Shown: positions 39,276 to 49,715 of the stretch, one piece after another
Layout of the letters: every line of letters begins with the position of its first letter
Position numbering within the stretch: position 1 is the first letter of the stretch
From: Euryarchaeota archaeon UBA462
GTDB taxonomy: Archaea > Thermoplasmatota > Poseidoniia > Poseidoniales > Thalassarchaeaceae
DNA length: 64,000 nt
Direction: 5' to 3'
Assembly (NCBI GenBank): GCA_002506755.1
Contig: DAYD01000016.1
Span: 2,853-66,852 of the forward strand
The notes under the pieces: generated by a model
The model's input: the letters and a program-made list of their open reading frames with translations, nothing else
Told to the model about the DNA's origin: nothing
Databases searched by the model: none
Translations under genes and position numbers: made by a program

Positions 39276-39785
39276 TCAACTCTTTGTCCAAATTGAATAT
39301 GTTGACTTAAATTCGTTATCCGAGTCAATTTCCACTGTTTCAATTTCCTCATTTGTCCAATTGGTTTTGTCCCAATTCGGAAATTTAACGTCACCGCTAT
39401 TTTGTGTGTGCACTTGAGTAACATGTATTTCAGTGGCCCTATCCATAAAAATCTCGTAAATTTGGGAACCGCCAATAATCCAGCATTCTTCACTTCCTTC
39501 CGCGAATGCAACTTCAATGGCCCTACCTGCGTATAGTGCGGTAATCGCTCCATCTGCATTCCAACCTGTGTTTCTCGACATAACAATATTGACTCTCTCG
39601 GGGAGTGGCCTAACAGGATCGGGCAAGGAATCCCATGTTTTTCTGCCCATTATTACCGTATTGAATCCATCACCTTCCGTTAGCCTCCTAAATCGTGCCA
39701 TATCGCTAGATAACCTCCATGGGAGTTTTTGTTCGTTGCCGATGTATCCATCCTCGTCCATAGCTACAATAATTGCTATTTTCAT
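39276..39785 (-). CDS. folA: Dihydrofolate reductase
   Basis: IG...LPW..SDMARF, MGRKTWDSL, RPLPERVNIV, IIGGSQIY, GDVKFP. Confidence 0.95.
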   Translation of the reverse strand: MKIAIIVAMDEDGYIGNEQKLPWRLSSDMARFRRLTEGDGFNTVIMGRKTWDSLPDPVRPLPERVNIVMSRNTGWNADGAITALYAGRAIEVAFAEGSEECWIIGGSQIYEIFMDRATEIHVTQVHTQNSGDVKFPNWDKTNWTNEEIETVEIDSDNEFKSTYSIWTKS

Positions 39786-39794
39786 ATTGACAAC

Positions 39795-40589
39795 TCACAC
39801 AGAGATTTCAGCGTTAATTCTTTCGTGATATTCATAGCCTATTAGTTGTATATTTTCATATGAAAACTCGTCAATTTCTTTCACTTCGGTATCCAGAACC
39901 AAACTTGGAAGCTCCAATGGAGCTCTACTAATTTGTAACTTGGCCTGCTCTATATGATTTAAGTAAAGATGACAATCCCCCCCAGTCCAGATAAATTCAC
40001 CAGGACTTAAATTACATATTTGGGCTATCATGAAGGTTAGAAGGCTGTAGGAGGATATATTGAATGGCACGCCAAGGAACGCATCGGCACTCCTTTGGTA
40101 TAGTTGGCAGGAGAGCTTCCCGTCATTGACGTAAAATTGGAAGAAAGCGTGACACGGCATTAGTGCCATTTCATCCAATTCCCCCACATTCCAAGCGGAA
40201 ACGATGATTCTCCTACTATCCGGATTGTGCTTTATCAGTTTAATAGCATTGTCGATTTGATCTATTACTCTACCATCATTGGCTTCCCACTTACGCCATT
40301 GCTTACCGTAAACAGGCCCTAGATCTCCATTTTCATCTGCCCATTCGTTCCAAATGCGTACCTTGTTTTGTTGCAGGTAGCTAATATTAGTGTCACCCGA
40401 TAAGAACCATAGTAGTTCATGAACTACACCAGGCCAATACACCTTCTTCGTAGTCACGAGTGGAAATCCTTCGCTCAGGTCAAATCTCATTTGGTGCCCA
40501 AAAACCGAAATTGTGCCTGTCCCAGTACGGTCCTCTTTTTTCTCGCCTTGGTCAAGTATATGGCTCAAGAAGTCAAGGTACTGTTGCAT
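39795..40589 (-). CDS. thyA: Thymidylate synthase (bacterial-type ThyA)
   Basis: [47 protein letters not shown]. Confidence 0.97.
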   Translation of the reverse strand: MQQYLDFLSHILDQGEKKEDRTGTGTISVFGHQMRFDLSEGFPLVTTKKVYWPGVVHELLWFLSGDTNISYLQQNKVRIWNEWADENGDLGPVYGKQWRKWEANDGRVIDQIDNAIKLIKHNPDSRRIIVSAWNVGELDEMALMPCHAFFQFYVNDGKLSCQLYQRSADAFLGVPFNISSYSLLTFMIAQICNLSPGEFIWTGGDCHLYLNHIEQAKLQISRAPLELPSLVLDTEVKEIDEFSYENIQLIGYEYHERINAEISV

Positions 40590-40638
40590 GTATTACCTAT
40601 GCTGTGAGCCGGTAGTCCATCAAGAATGCGGCTACCTT

Positions 40639-41421
40639 TTATGGCGCTCCCCTCTTCTCCAAGGTGGCCATGAGTTGGTCTGTAAATTTTCTAAAGATTA
40701 TGCGTAATTGCGCGTTTATCTCGTCGTCATTCTTGTCCATTAATAACGATATTTCTTCATCATCTAGGTTCCCCCCTTCCTCGTCTGATGCCCATTCACA
40801 GAAGGTAATTGGGTCGTCTACTGTAATCTCGATCCTCTTCCAGATCCGAGGAACCAAAGAACCCGGTGGCATGAATTCTCTAGCTCCTAAGTTTAGAATA
40901 ATTGGGACAATAGGGACCGTTGGGAATTTGGCCGAGAGCCTCGCAAATCCAGTCTTTCCCCCTTGTAGAAAAGGGGGATCAGGTTTACGTGACCTTGTTC
41001 CCTCCGGGAAAATACCAAGACACCCCCCATTCTCAATTACATCTACGGCTCTGGATAATGCGTCTTTTCCGCCTTTGGCTCTAAACGTCTCAATTTGGCC
41101 AGTTGAAATCATAACAAATCTATGTGGTTGTTTCTGAAAATGGCCTTCCTTGGCCATGAAATGTATAGGTCTCTGTGCAGCTAAGATTTTAATGAATGGA
41201 TCTAGATTTGATAGATGGTTTCCACAAAAAATGACAGGTCCTTCCATAGGAACTTTGTGGGCTCCATTGATGTGTACGTTTGTGATGGACCTCAATAGGC
41301 TAGGGACATACTTTTCAAGAAACCTGTAGATTAGTGGAGTTCTAAAACCCCTACCAGTCCCTTCAAGATTTAGTGAGGAAGAAATCATTGCTAGGGACTC
41401 ATCTGATAGTAGCATACACAA
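40639..41421 (-). CDS. plsC: 1-acyl-sn-glycerol-3-phosphate acyltransferase (PlsC family)
   Basis: NHLSNLD (HxxxxD), FMAK, IFPEGTRS, VPIVP blocks. Confidence 0.88.
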   Translation of the reverse strand: MCMLLSDESLAMISSSLNLEGTGRGFRTPLIYRFLEKYVPSLLRSITNVHINGAHKVPMEGPVIFCGNHLSNLDPFIKILAAQRPIHFMAKEGHFQKQPHRFVMISTGQIETFRAKGGKDALSRAVDVIENGGCLGIFPEGTRSRKPDPPFLQGGKTGFARLSAKFPTVPIVPIILNLGAREFMPPGSLVPRIWKRIEITVDDPITFCEWASDEEGGNLDDEEISLLMDKNDDEINAQLRIIFRKFTDQLMATLEKRGAP

Positions 41422-41490
41422 TCCGACACATTATTCTGTTTCATACTTTTCAGTTGAAAACTTGAATACCTGACATTCTGACCAAACAAC

Positions 41491-42609
41491 ATGAGAGGTG
41501 GGATTAGTGCCGTTGCTCTGACCTTTGTTTTCGTCTTCCCTTTGTTCGCTCCTACAGTAATTGCCGAATGGGAAACCGATACTTGGATTTCCAATGTTAT
41601 TGGTCCCGAGAGGTTAGATAATGGAGATGAGTTTGGCTGTCATGGATACGAAGATGTCGACACTCAGGAAGAAAATTGGGTGATTCAAGCCTGTAGAGAT
41701 TATCTCCTAGGCCTAACTAACTCCACAAGGTGGGGAAAAGAACCAATATCGTTTGGAATCAAATCCAATACCATCGATCAAATGACTGTTAATCATCTAA
41801 TTGACTCGGGTTTCATAATTGTAGGAGATTCATTGGATACTGAGGTCGAAGGATTGGTATCTTTTTCGAGAAATGGCGGAAGTCTGGAAAAAGGCGTGGC
41901 AGATATTGAAATCCTTGAATCAGCAGATAAAGACTCACTAATCTCGGTACATTGGAGGGCAAGGGTAGGGGATTTGAGAGTGAGAGATGACCCCGATGTA
42001 ATAACATGGTTAGAGGACCAACAAGTCTGGTTCACTACATGGGGTGAGTGGCACTTACACACTATTGCGGGCCAGGCTACATCTGTTCGTTCCGAGGGCT
42101 CCTCATTGATTTCTTCATCATTTCATTCCAATCAAGATAGGATATCGTGGAAAGTACCCGGTACCACAAAATTACTTTTTGATAACAACGTCATATCTGT
42201 CCGAGGTTCTAATGGGCAGGAATTATCCATGATATCGCCCGACTCAAGAAAACTTGAGATTGGATGGAGGCCTATAGATGGTGGAATCTTACTATCTCAA
42301 CCTCCTGGTACTAATATTACAATAGAGCTAGAAAATGAGACAACGGAATTCATTGCCACTCCGATGGCCACGTTTAATGGATTACATCATGCAATAACTA
42401 TTGTAGGTCACCATACAACTAATCTATTTAGATGGACTCAAGACTTTTCTGACTCGGAGCTAGTTTTCACTTGGCTAATCGAAAGGCCATTATCAGAGCC
42501 CATTAGTTGGATTATGCCCATTGTAGCAATATCGATATTGATAGCTGCTCCAAGCTCGATATATTATCTTGTAAACAAAGACAGTGAAATTATTTCCGAT
42601 GATCGTTAG
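41491..42609 (+). CDS. Hypothetical secreted, C-terminally membrane-anchored protein
   Basis: N-terminal signal peptide and C-terminal TM helix; no family recognised. Confidence 0.65.
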   Translation: MRGGISAVALTFVFVFPLFAPTVIAEWETDTWISNVIGPERLDNGDEFGCHGYEDVDTQEENWVIQACRDYLLGLTNSTRWGKEPISFGIKSNTIDQMTVNHLIDSGFIIVGDSLDTEVEGLVSFSRNGGSLEKGVADIEILESADKDSLISVHWRARVGDLRVRDDPDVITWLEDQQVWFTTWGEWHLHTIAGQATSVRSEGSSLISSSFHSNQDRISWKVPGTTKLLFDNNVISVRGSNGQELSMISPDSRKLEIGWRPIDGGILLSQPPGTNITIELENETTEFIATPMATFNGLHHAITIVGHHTTNLFRWTQDFSDSELVFTWLIERPLSEPISWIMPIVAISILIAAPSSIYYLVNKDSEIISDDR

Positions 42610-43696
42610 ATGTAAAATTGGGCCCATCTATAACTATTCCATAGTCAGACATTCTGTTCAAAACCCTTGCAACTGCCTCTGTGGATAGAATCTCCGGAGG
42701 GTGAACACCAATTGGGATCATCTGTGGATCAGCTATCCACTCTTCCACACAACAAACTGTTACTAGACCAGTACATCTTGCCATTGAGTGCCCGTCATCT
42801 CCACCATGGTCTTCCACAGTCCAAGTCACTCTAGTTCCATCCATACCTACGGCAAGGACCTCCATCCATGTAAACTCCGGTGTTTGATTATCGTACTCCC
42901 ATTCCTTGGTAAGAGAATTGATGTCAATTGTTCCAGAATCTCTCTGATCAATATATTTCTGAATGTGCCCAGGCCAACGAACGGTATATTCGGACATGTT
43001 GACTGATGGAATAGAATATAGTACACTTCTTAGCCCATCAGTTAGGAATGCCTCCATATTTCCTTTATTCGGGACTCGAATATTGTGCCGATCAGAAAGT
43101 GGAGGCAAAATGACAACTTGTGAATCTCTGATTACTCTAGCTGGCCTGGTATATTCTGCGATAACATCCATAGGGGAAAATGGTGCCATGTACTTCCATC
43201 CTGGTGTCGGTTGTGCAGGGTTTCCCCCAACCCGCACCTCTCCAACTTTTAATGCCCCCAACGACCTATGTGCCTCGGATAGGAGCATATTGGAAAGACC
43301 AGGAGCAATTCCCGTATCCCAAATTATTGAGGCACCACTCTTGACAGCAGCGATATGAAAATTATCGGGTGTGTGCGCACTGAAACTAAGGTCAACGGTC
43401 TTCCAAGGAAGATTTGCTAGATTTGATGTGCTCTCGTGACCTATGTCTCCCGGTAGCATATTTACTACAATATCATTATCAGTGTCAAAATCAATATTAT
43501 TGTCTGTCTTCAAAATTTGCGACAGAACCTGTACTGGGTTCTTATCTTGACCTAAATTATGAATCATAATACCCGGAAAGCTAGAAACTCGGTGTGGGTC
43601 GGGGTCAAATGCGTGTACTTCGTGTCCGGCTTGGGCCAATTTCTTTGCCACATAAGATCCAACAAGTCCGACACCGAGGCAAAAAATTCTCACCAC
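42590..43696 (-). CDS. Saccharopine dehydrogenase / lysine 6-dehydrogenase family protein
   Basis: GVGLVG, DLSF, GIAPGLSN, VGG.P, EYTRPAR, EAFLTDGL, TVRWPGH, MARCTG. Confidence 0.85.
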   Translation of the reverse strand: MVRIFCLGVGLVGSYVAKKLAQAGHEVHAFDPDPHRVSSFPGIMIHNLGQDKNPVQVLSQILKTDNNIDFDTDNDIVVNMLPGDIGHESTSNLANLPWKTVDLSFSAHTPDNFHIAAVKSGASIIWDTGIAPGLSNMLLSEAHRSLGALKVGEVRVGGNPAQPTPGWKYMAPFSPMDVIAEYTRPARVIRDSQVVILPPLSDRHNIRVPNKGNMEAFLTDGLRSVLYSIPSVNMSEYTVRWPGHIQKYIDQRDSGTIDINSLTKEWEYDNQTPEFTWMEVLAVGMDGTRVTWTVEDHGGDDGHSMARCTGLVTVCCVEEWIADPQMIPIGVHPPEILSTEAVARVLNRMSDYGIVIDGPNFTSNDHRK

Positions 43697-43796
43697 GTTC
43701 TCTGAAACTCGGGACTACTTAATGCCAGTGTCGGTATTGTGTTTCTATGCCAAATTCTATCGATGGTTTGATTGGGGGCGGTAATAGCGGCAAAAC

Positions 43797-45179
43797 ATGG
43801 CAAATAGCGCAAGGATCGATCCATGGTCTTCTGACCAATCAACAGACTACGCGAGAATTGTTGACCAATTTGGTCTATCCCCTGTTATATCCTCTAAACT
43901 TCCTAATCCCGGAATGCTTCATAGGAGGGGGATTGTTTTCGCTCACAGGGATTTGGATATCGTCGTGGGTTGCATGAATAGTTCAGATCCCTTTGGAGTG
44001 CTTACCGGATTGATGCCCAGCGGAAGAATGCATCTAGGCCACAGTATGGTCATTGAACAGGTTCGGTGGTTCCAGGAACAAGGGGGCGACATAACGGTCA
44101 CAGTAGCCGATCTAGAAGCCCTCGCTACCCGAGGGACTACCCTATCCAAAGGGAGGAAGACTGCGATAAACGAGTATATCCATAATTACGCCGCTCTAGG
44201 TCTAAACCCAGACTCCACAAACGTATATTTCCAAAGTACTAGACCGCCAGTACAAAGACTTGCATTCACGCTAGGAAGGAGAACCAACCTATCAGAATTT
44301 GAGTCGATCTATGGCTTTACCGGAGAAACCAACTTAGCCCATGTTCAAGCCCCATTAGTACAGGTTGGAGATATAATTCACCCTCAGTTGGAGGAATATG
44401 GCGGGCTTCGGCCCATTGTGGTTCCTGTGGGGGTAGATCAGGATCCGCACTTGAGACTAACTCGTGATATTGCCCAGAAAACCAACTGGTTCAACGTGAA
44501 GCCCCGTAAATCGGGTGGATTAACAGTATCTCTCTCTATACAGGAAGACAATTTGGGACATATGGGAGTTTCTTCTAATGGGAGAGTGGATATGGCCACC
44601 CGTAATTCAATAATCGAGCAAATTGTCAATGAAATCTCCAATCTCGGTTTTTCCGATATCAATACAAACCCTAAGCACGGAACCATCGAAATCCCCGCTG
44701 CCACTACGGAAGATAAGCAAAAGATCAGAATGAAGATGCTGAGACTTGAAAGAAAATTTGGAGGAATGGGGCTAATACCGCCATCTTCGACATACCATAG
44801 GTTCGCTGTGGGAATGACTGGCGACAAGATGTCATCATCGAAACCTGAGACTACTATTTTCATGGATGATTCGATTGATCAAATGACTAAGAAGGTAAAA
44901 CGCGCAATCAGTGGGGGCCAACCGACAGTGGAAGAACACAGAAGACTTGGGGGCGTTGTATCAAAGGACGTCGCTTTCCAATATCTTCAATTCTTTTTCG
45001 AAAGAGATGACGCGGCCATAGAAGAAGTAAGGGCAGAATATGAGAGTGGTAGGATGTTGGCTGGTGAGATTAAGCAATTATGCATAGACAAGGCGACAGA
45101 GTGGCTGCAGGATCTTGATGAAAAGAGACAACAATGGAGTGATCGTCTCTCAGAGTTCTTAGCTCCCGATTCTACTTAA
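43797..45179 (+). CDS. trpS: Tryptophan--tRNA ligase (archaeal type, with insertion)
   Basis: IDPW, TGLMPSGRMHLGH, VPVGVDQDPH, KMSSS, SGGQPTVEEHR. Confidence 0.95.
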   Translation: MANSARIDPWSSDQSTDYARIVDQFGLSPVISSKLPNPGMLHRRGIVFAHRDLDIVVGCMNSSDPFGVLTGLMPSGRMHLGHSMVIEQVRWFQEQGGDITVTVADLEALATRGTTLSKGRKTAINEYIHNYAALGLNPDSTNVYFQSTRPPVQRLAFTLGRRTNLSEFESIYGFTGETNLAHVQAPLVQVGDIIHPQLEEYGGLRPIVVPVGVDQDPHLRLTRDIAQKTNWFNVKPRKSGGLTVSLSIQEDNLGHMGVSSNGRVDMATRNSIIEQIVNEISNLGFSDINTNPKHGTIEIPAATTEDKQKIRMKMLRLERKFGGMGLIPPSSTYHRFAVGMTGDKMSSSKPETTIFMDDSIDQMTKKVKRAISGGQPTVEEHRRLGGVVSKDVAFQYLQFFFERDDAAIEEVRAEYESGRMLAGEIKQLCIDKATEWLQDLDEKRQQWSDRLSEFLAPDST

Positions 45180-45751
45180 AGCTCAAATATCGGCAAATCT
45201 GGTCCCAATTCTAATTTCGACCTTTCTTCGTCAGTTAGGTGTCTAGATATGACTGACTCATGTATTATCTGACTACTTCCTCGCGGGTCTAGCAACTCTA
45301 GAACTAAATCAGACCTGCCAACCTTAGCTTTTGAGAGGCCTTCCAGTATGAATGCCGCCTCGCTCAAAGAATCACTATCCTCGAGCGATCTAATCATCGA
45401 CTTGACAGCCTTCTCGAATCTGTCGATAACTCCCTCAACATTTGTGATGTAACCGCTCGAGTTCCCTCCCGGGCTGACCTCGAGACCCAACCCGCGTATT
45501 CTTACAGTGCATGATGAAGATCTTACTACCCTGGCCGACCCGACACCAGTTGATTCCAAACACAAAGACCAGTATCCGTGTTTATCTCCTTCAGATGGTA
45601 TAAAGTCTGTGTGCTTCCAACCGCAAGTTTCACAGAGGACTGTTATTTGTGTATGTTCCCCGAAATAAGGTATTTCAGAGGACATTGATAACATCGAAAG
45701 TCCATTATCGCTACCACATTGGGCACATGGAACGTCTACCTTGCTCTCCAT
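45176..45751 (-). CDS. ZPR1 zinc finger protein
   Basis: CAQCG, IPYFGE, CETCGW, ITNVEGV, DPRGSS. Confidence 0.9.
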   Translation of the reverse strand: MESKVDVPCAQCGSDNGLSMLSMSSEIPYFGEHTQITVLCETCGWKHTDFIPSEGDKHGYWSLCLESTGVGSARVVRSSSCTVRIRGLGLEVSPGGNSSGYITNVEGVIDRFEKAVKSMIRSLEDSDSLSEAAFILEGLSKAKVGRSDLVLELLDPRGSSQIIHESVISRHLTDEERSKLELGPDLPIFEL

Positions 45752-45755
45752 TTCA

Positions 45756-46145
45756 TCACTTCATCCTCACACCCTCGAATGACGGAGGAAGAAGAAGAAG
45801 TCTAGAAGAGCCCAATCTGACTAGTTGGCCGCTAATGTCTCCCTCAATGAAGTCTTGAATCTTGCTTACTGCTAATCCAAGCTCCATATCTCTGGACATT
45901 AAGCCCGTCATTTCAACGATAACTATGTCTCCGTTTGATACCCAGTTCATCAATTGAGAAATTCCGGTTACGTCCTCCAATGTTGCCCGGTGTACTATTA
46001 CGTCCGATCTTGTCCTTGGTATTGGTGCATCTGGAAATCTCATACCAAGATCGTGATAGGATTCCCCCGGCTCTACAGAACTAGATGCTGAGTCAGAAAC
46101 GCTAGGCATTTCAACCCATTTCGGATCTTCATCTTTGAATTTCAC
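45756..46145 (-). CDS. sepF: Cell division protein SepF (archaeal type)
   Basis: GDIVIVEMT...GDISGQLVRLG..LLLLP fits the SepF C-terminal domain; conserved sepF-ZPR1 synteny. Start uncertain (46145 or 46109). Confidence 0.75.
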   Translation of the reverse strand: MKFKDEDPKWVEMPSVSDSASSSVEPGESYHDLGMRFPDAPIPRTRSDVIVHRATLEDVTGISQLMNWVSNGDIVIVEMTGLMSRDMELGLAVSKIQDFIEGDISGQLVRLGSSRLLLLPPSFEGVRMK

Positions 46146-46300
46146 GTGCCTACGAAATGTGCCATACGCTTGATATCTTCTACATCTAGTGCGATATTCT
46201 ATAGCGTTGCATAGCATAAGAAAGCAACTCCAACCCCCGTCGCATTGATAAGGGGTCGATTTCAGGTAGTAACTATACGGCACATCCGCCGGTGATAATT

Positions 46301-46927
46301 ATGGATGCCACAACTGACGCAATTAAGACTGGAACCAGCACAGTGGGAATTACCTACAAAGGAGGTGTTGTGGTTGGAGCAGATCATCGGGCCACTATGG
46401 GACATTTTATCGCTAATAAATCGGTACAAAAGGTCTTCAGGATATCTGACAACATTGCATTGACGACTGCTGGCCTTGTAGGTCACGCCCAATCACTTTC
46501 GAGGACTCTGGCAGCCGAGTTGAAGTTATTCCAGCTCAAGAGGGATCATCCTATGACAGTAAAGGGAGCAGCAACACTCACTGCGAATATACTGGTAGGG
46601 CGACCCCATTATGTGCAGCTACTAATAGTAGGTGTAGATAGCTCTGGCCCAAGCGTGTACAGCATCGATTCTGCAGGTGGTTCGATACCTGACGTGTATT
46701 GTGCTACAGGTTCAGGTAGTCCCTTTATGTACGGAGTTTTAGAAGATCAGTTTGAATCTGACATGTCAAAGGAGGAAGCATTACGATTGGCTGCGAAATC
46801 ACTTCTTGCATCCGCCCAGAGGGACGCTGCAAGCGGCAATGGTATGGATCTAGCATATATAACAGATGAAACAGGCTTCACCCAACTTACTGAGGAAGAA
46901 ACAGACAACCTCCTCTCAACACTGTGA
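46301..46927 (+). CDS. psmB: Proteasome beta subunit
   Basis: Propeptide ending KTG|T, GADHRAT, GSGS, RDAASG. Confidence 0.95.
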   Translation: MDATTDAIKTGTSTVGITYKGGVVVGADHRATMGHFIANKSVQKVFRISDNIALTTAGLVGHAQSLSRTLAAELKLFQLKRDHPMTVKGAATLTANILVGRPHYVQLLIVGVDSSGPSVYSIDSAGGSIPDVYCATGSGSPFMYGVLEDQFESDMSKEEALRLAAKSLLASAQRDAASGNGMDLAYITDETGFTQLTEEETDNLLSTL

Positions 46928-46981
46928 ACACACTCCCGGCCATCTGGCTAAAATGCCAACCGCGGAAACGAGGATTTTGAA

Positions 46982-48898
46982 ATGAGATTAACACTACCGG
47001 AAATAAAAAAGAAGGTATCCAAGATCATACCAGAATATATTGAGTATGAGGTCTCTCTGGAAGCTGGATCAATCTCCATCATCACCAAACAACCCGGCGA
47101 ATTCTCGGGAGGCGGTGAAAACCTAACTGTAAAAATCGCCAAATCAATCAAGAGGAGGATAGTAGTTAGGCCCCACACCGATATATTATCTCCGGAGGCA
47201 GAAGTACATGATGCTGTAAACCGGTTAATCCCTCCTACTGCTGAAGTCAGAAACGTTTGGCTCGATCCGGCTCTGAATGAGATAATACTGGAATGCGATG
47301 ACCCCGCTGCTGCGGTCGGGCCAAAAGGCGCGAATATTCACGCTTTACGAGATGAAGTAGGCTGGCTTGTAAAAGTAGAACGAGCCCCTGCAAGAGAAAG
47401 CAGAACACAACACGATATCAGGCGCTACAGGAAGGAGAATGCAGAAGAAAGAAGATCTTTGCTAAGAAAATTCGGTACAAGGATATATCGCCAACAAAGG
47501 CCGGGAGAGCCTTGGGTAAGAGTCACCGCGTTGGGATCCTACAGGGAAGTCGGGAGAGCCATGCATCTTGTCACTACGAACGAATCAAAGGTTTTAGTTG
47601 ACGTTGGAGCCAAACCCACGAACAATATCAGCGAGGTTCAACCATTCTTCGCAGCTCCTGAACTCCTACCTTTGGACAACCTTGATGCTGTGATAATTAC
47701 TCACGCGCATGTTGATCACATCGGAATGCTCCCTGTTCTTTTCAGGTACGGATACAGAGGTCCTGTCTACTGTACTCCTCCAACCAGGGATCTAATGACC
47801 CTATTGCAGATTGATTACATCAAAGTCTCACAGGCCGAAGGCAATGAGCCTCCTTATTCCAAAGCAGACATACAAGAATGCATCAAACATGTCGTTGATG
47901 TCAACTGGGGTGATAAAACCGACATAGCGCCTGATGTCAAGATGACGATGGAGAATGCCGGCCACATTTTAGGTTCTTCAAGTGTCTACATGCAGATTGG
48001 CGAAGGCAAGTCAGAGCACAAGCTTCTCTTCTCTGGAGACATAAAGTACGAAAAATCGTGGCTGTTTGACGCAGCCACAGTCCGTTTCCCGAAGGTAGAC
48101 ACGTTAGTGATTGAATCAACCTATGGTGGACCCCAAAGCATTCAACCCACAAGACAACAAGCTAGCCAAGAGCTTCAGGACCTAGTGACTGACGCCCTCA
48201 ATAGGAAGGGCAAAATTTTCTGCCCTGTATTTGCAGTTGGTAGATCTCAAGAGGTCATGCTTGCAATAGATGAACTATTCAAATCCGGTAGAGTACCTCC
48301 CGTTACCGTGTGGCTCGATGGTATGATTAGTGAAGCAACTGCGATCCATTCCAGCCACCCTAATTTCCTAAACAGGGATCTCAAAAAGAGGATGCTCAAA
48401 GGGGGAGATCAGAATCCATTCAATTCGAAATGGTTCAAACAAGTGGATTCAAGGGAGCTTCGTGAATCGATTCTATTGGACCCTAGCCCCTGTATTGTGT
48501 TAGCTACAAGCGGTATGATGACCGGAGGGCCAATAATCGAGTACCTGAAGCACTGGGCTCCTGAACCTGCGAACACCCTTTGTTTCGTGGGCTACCAAGC
48601 TTCTGGAACTCTTGGAAGAAGGCTACAGGAGGGCCATTCCCATGTACCACTTATGGATAAGGGGCAGACCCTAATGCTCGACGTAAATTGCAACATGGTC
48701 ATCATTGATGGCTTCAGTGGTCATTCAGACAGGAACCAATTGGTAGATTATGTGGCTGCACTAAATCCTACCCCTAGGAAAATTATTTGCCACCACGGGG
48801 ACCCACAAACTTGTAATCAGTTCAGAATGGGACTGAGAGAGAAATTCAAGGTCCAGACATACGCCCCTGCCAACCTTGAGACGCTTAGGCTATCTTGA
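46982..48898 (+). CDS. fttA: KH-domain beta-CASP ribonuclease aCPSF1 (FttA)
   Basis: Two KH-like N-terminal domains, REVGR, THAHVDH, AGHILGS, ESTYGG, GRSQE, FSGHSD; follows psmB as usual. Confidence 0.93.
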   Translation: MRLTLPEIKKKVSKIIPEYIEYEVSLEAGSISIITKQPGEFSGGGENLTVKIAKSIKRRIVVRPHTDILSPEAEVHDAVNRLIPPTAEVRNVWLDPALNEIILECDDPAAAVGPKGANIHALRDEVGWLVKVERAPARESRTQHDIRRYRKENAEERRSLLRKFGTRIYRQQRPGEPWVRVTALGSYREVGRAMHLVTTNESKVLVDVGAKPTNNISEVQPFFAAPELLPLDNLDAVIITHAHVDHIGMLPVLFRYGYRGPVYCTPPTRDLMTLLQIDYIKVSQAEGNEPPYSKADIQECIKHVVDVNWGDKTDIAPDVKMTMENAGHILGSSSVYMQIGEGKSEHKLLFSGDIKYEKSWLFDAATVRFPKVDTLVIESTYGGPQSIQPTRQQASQELQDLVTDALNRKGKIFCPVFAVGRSQEVMLAIDELFKSGRVPPVTVWLDGMISEATAIHSSHPNFLNRDLKKRMLKGGDQNPFNSKWFKQVDSRELRESILLDPSPCIVLATSGMMTGGPIIEYLKHWAPEPANTLCFVGYQASGTLGRRLQEGHSHVPLMDKGQTLMLDVNCNMVIIDGFSGHSDRNQLVDYVAALNPTPRKIICHHGDPQTCNQFRMGLREKFKVQTYAPANLETLRLS

Positions 48899-48914
48899 AG
48901 GACTATCAATATAG

Positions 48915-49355
48915 GTGGACTTCATGGAAAACCCATGGTTCCTCATGATATGCTCTTGTGGCAGATACTTTGGTAGAAAAATGGGACAAAACACCAATTG
49001 TCCTATGTGCGATTCAACCAGTAGCAAGCAGGTCGAGAAATATCCAGACCCGATGTCACTAGCAAAAGCAGTTTCACAAGCAAATCTGCCGGAAGCAATA
49101 TCCAAAGAATTAATGGAGAAAGAAACAAAGAAATTTCATAGAAAGAAAGATAACATGAATGGCGGAAAGAACAATTTCCTGATTTCCGCAATGAAAAGAT
49201 CGACAGACCAAGATGGGACATTAACTATGGATTCCTTAGTATCAGAGCTTAGATCGTCTGGCTCTGATGAGGTTTCAGCTGAACTCCTCATAGGTCAAGC
49301 AGAACTGGAAGGGATGTTGATCAAAACCGGCCGAAAATCTTGGAAATGGCTCTAG
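48915..49355 (+). CDS. Hypothetical zinc-ribbon protein
   Basis: ICSCG...CPMCD at the N-terminus, winged-helix-like C-terminus. Confidence 0.65.
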   Translation: MDFMENPWFLMICSCGRYFGRKMGQNTNCPMCDSTSSKQVEKYPDPMSLAKAVSQANLPEAISKELMEKETKKFHRKKDNMNGGKNNFLISAMKRSTDQDGTLTMDSLVSELRSSGSDEVSAELLIGQAELEGMLIKTGRKSWKWL

Positions 49356-49392
49356 CAAAGTTCTTCATACCAACACCATGGGTTTTTCTTTG

Positions 49393-49470
49393 GGGCCTGT
49401 GGGTTAGTCTGGTCTATGCTTGTTGGTTTGGGACCAATAGACCCTGGTTCAAATCCAGGCAGGCCCACCA
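49393..49470 (+). tRNA. tRNA-Pro (TGG), CCA encoded, no intron
   Basis: Acceptor GGGCCTG/CAGGCCC + ACCA; anticodon arm GTTGG-TTTGGGA-CCAAT; T-arm CCTGG-TTCAAAT-CCAGG. Confidence 0.93.
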
Positions 49471-49541
49471 CTTCTCTGCTTCGAACTCATCGAGATCCAA
49501 GAAATCGTGGCAGGACTTGCACACCATTACCACCCTCAGAG

Positions 49542-49712
49542 GTGGCACGACAGACCTCGCTACGTTCAAACGAAGCACCCCCATTTGGAAGCATGGCGGT
49601 CAGGAGCGGGACCAAGGAGGAATTGTTCGACTCCCCGATCAAATCCGAAGAGCCTCCTGCAGATGAGGAATCCGTCAAGAAGGACATGTCTTTTTGGACC
49701 GAGGATGAGTGA
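49542..49712 (+). CDS. Small acidic hypothetical protein
   Basis: GTG 49542 or ATG 49593 start; ...EEPPADEESVKKDMSFWTEDE; stop 3 nt before the next ATG. Confidence 0.35.
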   Translation: MARQTSLRSNEAPPFGSMAVRSGTKEELFDSPIKSEEPPADEESVKKDMSFWTEDE

Positions 49713-49715
49713 TTC

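Noticed and set aside
39251-39586. N-terminal extension of the surface-protein ORF overlapping folA
   Set aside because: Alternate frame of folA; the signal peptide begins at 39250.
45176-48898. sepF-ZPR1 divergent from psmB-aCPSF1 as a novel system
   Set aside because: These are well-known conserved euryarchaeal gene pairs.
49393-49470. tRNA-Pro as an integration site or intron-containing tRNA
   Set aside because: No integrase and no duplicated tRNA 3' end seen; the cloverleaf is complete without an intron.
49410-49585. Minus-strand ~56-aa ORF containing CKSCH (heme-like CxxCH)
   Set aside because: It runs antisense through the tRNA and has no signal peptide; probably a chance motif.
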